From Phoronis australis (taxonomy: Eukaryota; Animalia; Phoronida): a stretch of DNA of 64,000 nt. Numbering within the stretch: position 1 is the first letter of the stretch; the number at the start of each line of letters is the position of its first letter. Shown here piece after piece: positions 49,420-60,287 of this stretch. Where the stretch lies: positions 439,265 through 503,264 of the forward strand of contig NMRA01000328.1 in assembly GCA_002633005.1 (NCBI GenBank). The letters are read 5' to 3'. The notes under the pieces were generated by a model, which saw only the letters and a list, made by a program, of their open reading frames with translations, did no database searches and was not told where the DNA came from. The position numbers and the translations under genes are program-made.

Positions 49420-52400
49420 GTTAGTGTTCAAGGGTAACTCCTTGGTATTGTTGTCCAGCATTTCAAACAAAATATCCTTTTATAACCGTATTCATCCAGG
49501 TTAACACCCATAGTCGGGTAACCACCCATCCCAAAATTTTCATGTTACTGGTAAGTACCTACGCGTATGCCCATTTATGCGACTGGGATGTCAATTTAGC
49601 TTAGCAGTCCACTTATGACTTTCAGAAAATTTTGTTTTTACTAAGTGCCTATGCTCTAATTAATGCCCAATCTCTGATCTTGAAGTTCCCAAATTTAAGC
49701 AGCCTGGGCAACACCTCAGTCTGTTTTCAAGTCCAGGAAATCTGTTTTACACCACTGTTTCAGTGGAACACCTAAATTCTGCCATTGTTTGTCATTATAG
49801 GAAGCCATTCAAACCAATCAGTGATTTTATTGCAGTGGCAACAGGAAAAACAGATTATGTCTGTATAAAGCAATACTATAAGGTACAGGTTGGTTTGGAT
49901 GATCTACTAAAGGATACAGCAACACCTAGAGAGAGACGGTCTTTAACTATGGATTGTAGCGAAGGTCAAGCAATTGCTGTTGATAACATCCATTTGAAAA
50001 GGACGAAATGTTTTACTAACAAAACGTGCTGTCCAGCTGAAGAGGATCCCAGTAAACAGTGTGACGGTGCAGTGAGCGCGGTGAGGAGAATATGCAATGG
50101 TAAACGCAATTGTGAGATTGAAGCAGGCAAGAGGCTACGCATTATACTGAAGAGTTGTAGACAAGCTGAGTACGACTATGCAGAAGTCAAGTACACATGT
50201 ACTAATGGTATGTTGATGCAATAATTGCAAAGAAATTGAAAGTTTGTCAAACAAAAACAATGTATAGACAGGACTTGTTTTTATGTATAGCAACTCTACT
50301 CTATCAAAACTGACCATGAAGTAACTGCCTTCTGTTTATTTCTATTTTTTTTCGCACACTTTATTCTTCAAACACAACATTACAAATCAAAATTATTATG
50401 CCTTCTGTTTCTAATTGGGGTCGTAACTGAAAAAGAAATGAGAAATGATTTTTGTAACCCACAAATTGCTTCGTATTAATGACAAATCTTAGACAAAATC
50501 TGTATAGTTTGTCATTCATAGATTATAAACAGTCCTTGACTTGGACATAAGTAAGAGGCATGTTTTCACTTGTGTTCTTACTACTTATTACCACTTTGAA
50601 GCAAGTCTCCACCCGCTTTTGAAGACCAAAAAATGTGTACCTTCAAATTAAGACATAAGTTGAGATGGTTTAATATGCCACAATACCACATTTGGGTACC
50701 CAACCATGAAAAACTAGAAGTGTTGACAGGACTAATCCCAAAATTTGGTATTTTTTCTGACAAATGTGATATCAAAAGAAGACTCACCATTAAAATACAC
50801 GCGTGTCCCAACATAATAAGATCAATTAAGTTGTGAGCCGGGATGTGTTCACAAAATCTTACGTTTAAACCTCCTAAATTTTGACTTCAGTCCTTTTAAG
50901 GTTTTATGCTCCCTATTCTTTGTTTTAGAAATGATGAATGAAAGAACTTAATTAATATTTCTATTTCAGCAAATTTAACAAAGAACATCTGTGATAACTT
51001 TGTCACCAGTTCCTATTTCATTGAGCTCAGCAGTCCTGGCTACCCTGCAGAGGTCAACAGGGGTCAGCACTTGTGCACTTGCACACTGTCTTCATTGCAA
51101 TACTTCATTGCATACTTCATGGTCTCATTTGATGCCCAATTCAACAATACCTGTGAGAGGGAGCGTCAAACGTTATCTGCTGCTGGACAACGAGGAAAGG
51201 ACAACTTGAGCAAAGTGTTTGACTGTACTAATCCTAAGCTCCCACAGAACCACGGTTTTAACCAGCTGAATCTCACATTTCACAGTAACCTGACTGAGGA
51301 TGCTGGGAGCTTTTATTTAAGAATTGAAGGTGAGTTTACAAGGATCATTTCAGAAAACCATTAGTATAGGTCAATTGACCCACATGGCCTCAAGTCTATG
51401 GAGGACCTGTGAGCCATGTTAATTTTTTTCGTTTTTGGAATCCTTGTCCTGCGTTAAGCAATAACAGTGCTTGTATGAAAATATTCACACACTAATGACA
51501 TGGGTGGTGTACCTAAAATCATACCTAAACAGCTGGAAATCTTTGGTAACACTCTTGTCATTTATCTAATTACCGACAATCTCCAACAGATGTCGCACAG
51601 GCTTGACAAAGTCTGCAATAGCTGACAAAACGTTGCCACTCATTTCTCAAGTAAGACCTGTACATAGAATAGGTGTTGGAATGCCATGCACTTACCCACA
51701 GTTAGGAAGAGTAAAATAGTATAAAGTAAAAAGACCAACATCGGTATTAAAATCTATTAAAATATTGCCCACATTTCGAGAAAGATATATGAAGTAGCAC
51801 AGATTCGGCAGCCTGTGTCATGCCTTTGGTAAAGAGCGTACTGTTCGAAACGTAGGGAATACTTTAATAGATTTTGATACCGATGTTCGTCTTTTTATTT
51901 TATATCAAATTTATATCAGATTTCTAAATTCTCCCTATGCTGTACCGTAATCTACTAGATGATATAATTTACATCAACGAAAATTCTTCAGTTAGCACAT
52001 AGCGCGACACATAATTGAATTTGCTTTTTCAAATTTCTCCACAAGAACTACCGTAATCGTTCGGGTTAACGCCCATGTTCGGTTAACCGCCCATCCCCTA
52101 CTTTAGGTGGATTTTCGATTTAACCGCCCACTGCTCGGTTAACCGCCCTCCCCCAATTTTTTGATGTCGCCAATTTAACCGCCCAGGGCGTTAACCTGAA
52201 CGATTACGGTACTTCACAGGAAAATTCAGTTCACTGTTAGTCGGGTTTTTACAGTGCAGATGTCAAGAATCAACTCTTGGTGAAATCTTGAGCATTTGCA
52301 GCACGCAGTACATTTTTGAAAAAAGAAAAATGATACTTGGAGCAATAATTTCTATCATAACTTGAACAAGTTTATCCTAAGTCTGTCATGAGATTTTCAA

Positions 52401-55400
52401 AATTGCTTGCATCTTTTCAGGCACAGTCCCATATCCGGGATTAAGGAAATCTAGTGCTGCGCCTGTACACATTGAGTGTACAGATCTTCTTCAAACTACA
52501 ACAGTCTATCCTTACAATAATACCACAGTTAATCCTCAGACAGGAGCGGTCACTGGTGCTTCAGGTAAGAAGGTATTGTAGCATCATATGCAGGTATTAA
52601 GGACCAGAGTCCCAATTTCCATTTTTATCCAGGTGCTTCCCAAACAGGCAAATGCTATCATATGTGATCACCCACAAGGTACATTTCCAAATAAAAACAT
52701 AACTTTTTCTTCATAAATGCACCTTCTGGTCATGCATATTCACTGAAAATGACACCTAAAATGCAACTTTTTGTAAATGCTCTCCAGAGTGGAATTTTTT
52801 TGAAGTATGGCTGGGTGAAAACGCAAGTTTTCAGAAACACTGACAGGAATGCATTATTGTATTTGAGTAAACAAAAACTTTCCAGAAGCACAAAGAAAAA
52901 GTAATGCTTTCTTAATGGAATCAAGAGGACGGGGCCTTATCCAAATATTTTGTATAGGGTCATGTGCCCTAATTTAGCCATCGAGGCAGTTTTAGAAAGA
53001 GGCACACTATCCTTAAAGTCCTTCTCTCACGCGTTGTTAACCCTTATTACATAGTTAGAAGATGTTATAAGGATCCAAGAAGTACCTACCCCATAACTAA
53101 TACACGATCCGTACTCGAAAACAGTTTAAATGAACGCGCCACTCACGATTCGCACCCGAAGAAACACCGCCATTTTGAACTTGCCGCGAACCCGGAAGTA
53201 CAATTCATTCAGGAACCCAGGCTAAGAAAACGCCGTTAGTGCGACTGGAGCAGTGCCTGTACTGTTACCAGCCAGCAACAGGGATAAAAAAATCGACAAC
53301 GCGCCTTAATTTTGATAAAATCAAACTACGGACAATTTTATGGAATTTGCTGAAGAAATGTGGCGAATAAATTTTGACAGAAATTATTTTGCCAAACTCA
53401 GGACTGCAGCCTATCGGACCCGGTGCGGATCGAAACCAGACACTGGCGAACGGTAAATGCATGCGGTTGCAAGCTGTTTTGTCGAAGTAAAATGGTCAAA
53501 TGATAAATGCTGCATATATTCAAGGGTAGTTTCAGACACTTGCATGAAATTACGGGCTGGTTAGTCCTGTGTCACACTGCCGCGGCAGACCTTAGTTAGC
53601 CTCAGTCACCAGCTACCAGTGAAGACTATAGTCAAAATACAGCTTGTTAGTAGGCCTATACAGCCTCCCGTTCAGTAGCGCTAGGACCTCGCTAAGAAGC
53701 ATGACTTCGCGAGATTACGTGAGATATTGCCGTGTATTTTAAATGAGAACATGTGGACTAGGATTTTGCAAGGTCCTAGCGTAGGTCCTAGCGTCTAGTG
53801 AACGCACGCCAGCTTTGCGCCAAGACTACCCTTAGGCCTAACTGGTCGCTGGCCACAAACACAAAAAACACGAAAATTGAACAAAGTTTCTTTTTTGTAG
53901 CAACGTTTGTCAAAATGTATCAACGTTAAATCTTCACAAATTACAAAGTAGCCGATTGAACATGCCTTTCAGTTCAGCAAAAGTCGACATTGTAGGTGCC
54001 GCCAGAAATGAGACGAAGTCCAACGGGAATTGTGAGCACATTTATCACTTAATGAGTAACAACTGCGAGGCTGAAATTTGGTGAACACTGCTAAATCGTG
54101 CAGAATAGTAAGTAAAGATATGTCTAACTAAATTTCACCGTAATTTGTTGGCGAAAACAATTTACACAAAGTTTTAAACTCGTAACTTATCCCGCTGTCC
54201 TCCAATATGGCCGACGCGATCCAAACAAAGTGACCCAAATTTCGCCACAAAACTTGCAATAACTTTACAGTGCTTGCCCCGATTTTGATACTTTTTCGAT
54301 TTTTACTGAGTAGAATGTACTACCTTTCCGATAATAGCAAAGTACTTTTTCAAAACGAGGAAAAAAATAAAACCGAAAAAAAATGGTTTGACCCATATTG
54401 GTTCCTAGGTTCGACCCGCCTACGTAAGGAACTAAACACCAATGCTATTTTAACATACTAAGTACGCGTAACATTCCAAAAAAATCAACGACCACTAACT
54501 ACAAACTATAAATACACTATATATTACTAATAAAACAAAACAATGAAGACTTTTCGAGCAAGCCATAGCACATTCAGTTACAAGGAAAAAATGGTGGCGT
54601 TCAGGACAAGTTCCTGAACTGATGAGCCGGAAATGTGGGTACGGAAATAACCGATGACAACCGGTTAATCATACGCTCAGAGAGAAGGGTCAAATACTGT
54701 TAAAAAATCGCTTTTAGCAAGAAAGGTGAAAAGAATATAAAGAAAGGGTGTCAAAAATAAGAATTTATGTAGTAAGTATTTTCGGATACTGGAACCACAT
54801 GGGCAGTTTGCAAGAAAGACTTTAAAACATGCAAGGCTATACAATATAAGCTCAATATTAATACAACATTAATTCAACTGTTCAACAATGTTTGTGGCCA
54901 TGGCCACAGTGAGTCTTTCTCAAACATTACTGGCCAGACAAAGTTTCTTCGCTACCACCTAAGAAATCCTCACTAACATGGGTCACCGTCAAGGAAGGAA
55001 TATTATGAAGCCTCACAACCACGTACATAGAGTCAAACGGGGCATATTCTTAAAGGCTGAGTATCCCAAGTGCCCTAGTCTATTTCCATGGATACTTCAA
55101 AATATATAATTGCTTCCTTACACCACATTTAATGAGTGCTTGATAAGAACATCCTACTGATATCAAGTACAAAGGATGTAAGTTATTTAAACTATAATTG
55201 AAAGAGCATGCATATAACCAGACATCTTACATTGCACCAAATGACAGAATACACAGGGCCTGTTGATGCCCTCAATAAACAAGATGATTTCAACATTCAA
55301 GTATTTACTTTATTGCTCTCTTCAAATCATTTTATCGTTGTTATTTGACTGCTGTTCAACTTGATTATCTACCCTGCAGATACTCTCATTGGTGCTGTGA

Positions 55401-56647
55401 TAGGAGGTGTTCTGGCCGTCATCGTCATCATATTGTTAATCATTCTTATATTAAGGTGCGTTACTTGTACTAATGGTTAAAACTTCCAATTTTGAAGTTG
55501 GTGTGCACTTACCCTAGAGAATAACCACCCCTGAGTTGCACTGATGTCAGCCATTTGATGTGCAATGCTCAAACAAGAATCTACTAAAAGTGAACAGATG
55601 GTTTTAAGAGAATATTGTAACTACAAGTGCATAAATTAGAAGGTGTGTGTTAAACCAATTCTTGGCATTCAAAAGTGAACATTTTGAAAATAAGGAGTGC
55701 ACGTTAAACCTGCAAGTCTGCCTCATTTAAGTATCATAATCGCAAGAACCATTTATCAAGAAGGGAAAACAGTAGATTAGTGTGTAACACCATGGGTATA
55801 GTTAACAATTACAAGAACTATGTTGTAATTTGTTCACCAAATCTGATACAAAATGTTACTGAAAGTCATTCATTCTGGTGGTGAAACTAATTTAGTAAAC
55901 ATCTACCAATTATACTTTTCATACAGCTGGAAGATCACATATGTGTACTAAACTGTAAATTTGCTGCCAAAACTTACAGATGAAAAACCTGGCTTCACTA
56001 CTGTTTGAGCAGTTAGCATGAACGTTCCCCATACATAACTTTCAGGTGCTCTTTCTCTTTGCAGATTTAAAAAACGTTACGGTAGCTGGGCAGCATTTAA
56101 AGCTCGACGTGGTCAGAATACAATTCCAGTAACAGTTAGTGCAACGGATGGTGACCATGACAACATGGTGGGAGATCATGAGTCCAAGTACTTGACAATG
56201 GATTCATCGAACAAGAACAGACAAGAGAGTACGAAATACGTGAACATGGACAAGCGCAATAGTGTAAACACTACCTATGAAAACGTTCCAACTAATGAAC
56301 CGAATCAGACAATCAACAAGAAATGTGCATCCGGAAAGGCCGTCTCGAAAAAGAAGCCTACAATCAAACCGAAACCTAACTTGGGAGGGAAACCACCAGT
56401 GAAACCAAAACCGAAATTTTTTAAGAAATCTGATAAGAAAGATAAGAGAGTTAGTGAAGAGTTGTACGAGATCCCAGAGGACCCAAGTACAAAGCTGTGG
56501 ATAGATCCAAGTCAACAGGAGTACTACACAGTGCCTGATCAAGAAAGATATGAACAGTTGGGAAACAAGACTCTGTATCAGGATCCAGATGTTTATACAT
56601 CACTAGACAATGGTGTTGATAAGGGAATTTATGAGAACTCCTCCTAA
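49359..56647 (+). CDS. Gene D (~531 aa): signal peptide, SUEL-like domain, CUB, short stalk, TM, multi-Tyr signalling tail
   Basis: Exons 49359-49419, 49836-50207, 50970-51329, 52421-52564, 55380-55455, 56065-56647 sum to 1596 nt in one open frame; phases 1,1,1,1,2; AATAAA at 56741. Confidence 0.88.
49836..50207 (+). CDS. Gene D exon: SUEL-like domain (10 Cys, with an RERR-containing insert)
   Basis: ttattgcag|TG...AATG|gtatgt; LTMDCSEGQAIAV...VRRICNGKRNCEI...YAEVKYTC. Confidence 0.88.
50970..51329 (+). CDS. Gene D exon: divergent CUB domain
   Basis: tatttcag|CA...GAAG|gtgagt; NICD...LSSPGYP...LCTC...LNLTFHSN...GSFYLRI. Confidence 0.87.
51720..51904. repeat. Imperfect ~60-bp-arm inverted repeat containing a decayed hammerhead-like motif (Penelope-type end remnant)
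   Basis: 51720-51779 pairs with 51845-51904; contains ttggtaaa-gagc...gttc-gaaacgt. Confidence 0.7.
52051..52209. mobile_element. 159-bp Tc2/pogo-like MITE
   Basis: TA|ccgtaatcgttcgggttaacgccc ... gggcgttaacctgaacgattacgg|TA; four internal ttaaccgccc motifs. Confidence 0.9.
52421..52564 (+). CDS. Gene D exon: post-CUB Cys strand (VHIEC) plus short Thr-rich stalk
   Basis: tcttttcag|GC...TCAG|gtaaga; phase 1-1; missed by the ORF track. Confidence 0.85.
53017..54821. mobile_element. CpG-rich intronic insertion, probably a non-autonomous DNA transposon (TTAA-flanked, Kolobok-like)
   Basis: ttaa|agtccttct ... aagaaagact|ttaa imperfect termini; abrupt CpG enrichment; no coding frame. Confidence 0.45.
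55380..55455 (+). CDS. Gene D transmembrane exon TLIGAVIGGVLAVIVIILLIILIL
   Basis: ccctgcag|AT...TTAAG|gtgcgt; phase 1-2. Confidence 0.9.
56065..56647 (+). CDS. Gene D terminal exon: cytoplasmic tail with many Tyr motifs and Pro/Lys-rich motifs
   Basis: ctttctctttgcag|A TTT AAA AAA CGT; in frame with ORF 56165-56647. Confidence 0.9.
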
Positions 56648-57279
56648 CAGTCTCCCTATAGTTCTATTTTTAGTAAAGCTTGGTCATGCAGTAATAGTGA
56701 ACAGTGGCAGCATCTAGCACAATACCACAATTATATTCTTAATAAATTACTTTTACCTAAAGCAGCATTCAATAAGTAATACTGTGACTTGAGACTGACT
56801 ATCAACACTCCTTACCTCCAGACGTGATTTTTTATTTAAACCAATTGCTGCAGCAGTAAAATTGGTCTCAATTTGTTCCTAACTGGAATGAGAATTGATT
56901 TCCAGGTTTGCAAAGAATTGACAGTTTGTTATTACGTAAGACCACAGTTGGGGCAAAAAACGACACGCATTGCAAGCCAATTTTAAGCCGCATTTACATG
57001 AAAGACAGCTGACCCGGTGCAGCTAACATGAAACAGCTGACCGGGTGCAAGTGTTGCGTGTACACACCACTGAAAAATAGCAAGTGACACCGTGGAGACC
57101 ATTTTTTGACATCGGTTTGATAAGTAGAGCGAGATGCAGTTGCTCCAGTTTCAACTACACTTCTAAACACAACAGGGGCAGGGCAGAAAGGGATAATCTT
57201 TCAATGCACTTGCAATAGCTATGTATGGGTGATCGGGTGGCATTCCACATGGTTTGGGCATTCGCTATTGTTTATGTTA

Positions 57280-58301
57280 TAAAGAATTTGTTAAATGCAC
57301 GACACTTTTCATTGTTCAGTCTTTATTCCGTAACGTTCGTACTTTCGGAACAAAGCTCGATTCTCAACTGAACATAGATACAGTAACTGACCTACCGACA
57401 TAATTAAAAGACACACGATATTTCGAAACATACTTGTTTCATTCTCAAGTGAAGATAAAATGACGCAGTAATGCCACCACAGAGTACAAGCTGACGACAC
57501 ACACAGTGAGACACGGCGGTGTGAAATACTGCAAAGAATGACTAATGAAAAGGAGGAACAGGAAAGTCAGGCAAACAAGTGTAACGTGCGGCGTGACCCT
57601 GTTTGCTACTCATTCAAAACAGGCTTCTCAAAAGCAATTAAAAGGGACTCTAATACTTTCAAACGCAGCCCATCTTGCTCCATGTAGCTAATTGACGTGT
57701 TTTCCACAATTTCTTGACGGTTGATTTTACGTGCGTGGCATTGCAGAAAATGATCTTGAATGGCGCCATTTTGAAGATGCATGGATAACCGACGGGAAAG
57801 ACTGCAAACCGTTTGACCAATGTAACACTGTTTGACGTTTGGGCATACAAACTCATAAACAACACTACACTGTGTAACTAGGCGGACTTTCGCTTTAGAA
57901 ATGTTATTTTTCATGACCAAGTTGGAGGACTTCCTATTCCGATGATAAATAATAACATCGAGGTGATCATCAGGCTTACAAACTTTAACATTGTCCCTTA
58001 TAATTTTCTTAATGGCGTGTTCGTCCTGAAGGTAATTCTTAAACATGACATTTTTGTAAAATATCTTTTTGGCGACACGTGCAGGGACTTCATAGCTAAT
58101 TCTGGACACAAATCGCTTAATATGGAAATCCGCAAAAGCATTGGTATACCCATTATTCACCAGTGTTTGTCTTATGCGATCTACCTCTTGATTGAACAAT
58201 AGCCAGTTAGACTACACCGAATATGCCCTCTTTAGGAAGTTGACCACAACGGCGACCTTATACCGCTCAGGGCACTCACTTTTGGCGTGGAGACAGAAAC
58301 C
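57280..58301 (-). mobile_element. 5'-truncated, decayed Penelope-like retroelement (RT C-terminal region, GIY-YIG, 3' UTR)
   Basis: GFCLHAKSECPERYK...FLKRAY*...FNQEVDRIRQTLVNNGY...VVYEFVCP...YIGQT; in-frame stop at 58212-58214. Confidence 0.92.
57414..57451 (-). ncRNA. Minimal hammerhead-ribozyme-like motif in the Penelope 3' end
   Basis: Minus strand reads CAC-UUGAGAA-U-GAAACA-agua-UGUUUC-GAAA-UAUC-GUG: core with U3:A8 in place of C3:G8, a 6-bp stem II and a short stem I. Confidence 0.6.
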
Positions 58302-58546
58302 TTTTTATTTTTTTAATGTTTATATGAGCATGGACAGACGGTCTTCATGTAAGTGACTCATGCTGATCCAGTTTGTGATCTAATGCTGTATAAGTGCAAC
58401 TTAAGTGGAGCAGGTCACACCGTGACAACTGACATGGTGACAACTGTCTCTCATGTAAAAGTAGCTTTGGAGCTTTGTCTCATGCAATACAAACTGTCCA
58501 CCTCAATTTGACTAACCAAAATTTGGAGACTACCAATTTCATAATA

Positions 58547-60040
58547 CCGTATTCGTGTAATAACCACCCATGCCCCTATAAGTGCCCCCCACGCGTTTTC
58601 AGACTTTGCTAAAATAAGCGCCCAGTCCATGATCGTGTACGTGCGAAAAATGCCTTACCTACAGTCCTAAAATTCTACAGCAACGTCTTCAATTTATCAA
58701 TAATATCCCGACAGTCCTGAAAAAAATCATTGTGCGCAGAATTTGTAGACCACGAGCCTTGCTGCTATGTCGGTATTTAGCCGTGACTATACACTTCAAA
58801 CTTCCACCATGCCTCAAAACGAACACAACAGTTCTGCTGAAGTTGCCAAGACCAATGGTGTGGCCTTTCAGAACGGCAAAAGCAGTGTACTTGTCTACGG
58901 GATTGCTTTGTAGATATTTCCCGCTTTCAACAGGAATCCGAATTTCTTTGTGCACGTGAAAACCGTGAATCGAAGACTAATAAAAAGCTTGGCCAGTGTT
59001 AAAAGCACGTGGCCTGGAAGCGCGCGCTACATACATGAACCTGTCATCAAAGACATTAGTCAGGAACTATCCATTCATGAAACGGATAGCATAGAATCGG
59101 CAAGAAATGAATATTGGCACTAATTTCCGACATTGTCCAATACTATAAAAAATGTATGCATTATTTTTAAGATGAATTGTTTGATTAACCATAATTGGTG
59201 TTTTTAAGCCAAATATCCAATAAAATGACCACTGACAGTGAATGCTTACACACCGAAAAATAACTGTCAATAACTGTCAGATATTCAAATACGCATCCAG
59301 ACACACGGCGACTAATATGGGCCTTACCGAGACAAATGTTGAATGTTTTTAGCACAGACCGGCAAGTGCTGAATGAAAAAACGCTCTGGTTTAGGCCTAC
59401 TGCTTGTGCAAATTTCTTTAGATACTATGCACATCTAGCTCATTAGATTGCGTGGCTCTGACCAAAAGATGGGGTCTCTGCTCTGGCAAATGAATTCTGG
59501 TGACACGCACGCGCTCGCTTACTCACAAACGCAGACGAACTTCAAAACAAACGTCACGTGACAACAACATGTGTGTTCGTCCAGACATTTTTCTCATGTT
59601 GCCGATCATACATGTAGATGGCATGATGTAGCACAGATTTGTACTTAAACCTGCCGTGATCCCGACTCCATGTGAACTTAAAAACCTTAGGGACGCTACT
59701 TGGACAACTTAAGGATTTCAGGTAATTTGCTTGAGTAGAAACTGTATTTTTATTCAAGCATTCAAGTCGCCATGTCGACGATTGCGAGGCGAGTCAGTCG
59801 GCAAGTTTTCGCCTTGGGATTTCAGCACAATTTTCTGTAAAATGATCGTAATTTAGCAGCAACGTTTGATAGCAATGCACCACGGTTTTGTAGAAAGTCT
59901 TTCATAGATTACAGATACGTCACAGAGCGTAAATATGATGAATCTTAGCTTCTGATTTCACCCGTTTCGGAGACCGAGTTTCAACGGCCCCTGAAACGAT
60001 CTTTTCTAAGTGCCCTGGGCGGTTATTACGGCAAATACGG
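58547..60040 (-). mobile_element. Tc2/pogo-like element, family 3, copy 2, with HIRAN-like ORF remnant 58689-58970
   Basis: TA|CCGTATT...AATACGG|TA; GFHVHKEI...NPVDKY...IG...FVLRHGGSLKCIVT...GLQI. Confidence 0.85.
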
Positions 60041-60287
60041 TAGTATGGTGTTAAAAGTTATTTTTTTGATGGAAGGCAGATTTAAACCGCCTTAAACATA
60101 TACACAAGAACAAAAATGTGTTCACACAAGAACACACAGCTTAGCACATAGTATAATACAGTATTTTGAACTAACAACAAAACCGTTTGAGGAAAAAGGA
60201 TATGTAACTCTATCTTACACAAGAGAAACCCATGGTTCTGAGAAATCCACATCACAGAATGTAGCAAGATATGAGAGATCTAATCTA

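Larger units (their letters stand above)
56985..58467. mobile_element. TTTACA-type MITE split by a Penelope insertion
   Basis: aagccgcatttacatg ... catgtaaaagtagctt termini; both halves match adjacent parts of 43231-43657. Confidence 0.62.

Noticed and set aside
689-56647. One giant gene with alternative exon cassettes instead of four genes
   Set aside because: Each unit has its own TM exon and stop, and B-D each have their own signal-peptide exon; read-through splicing cannot be excluded without transcripts.
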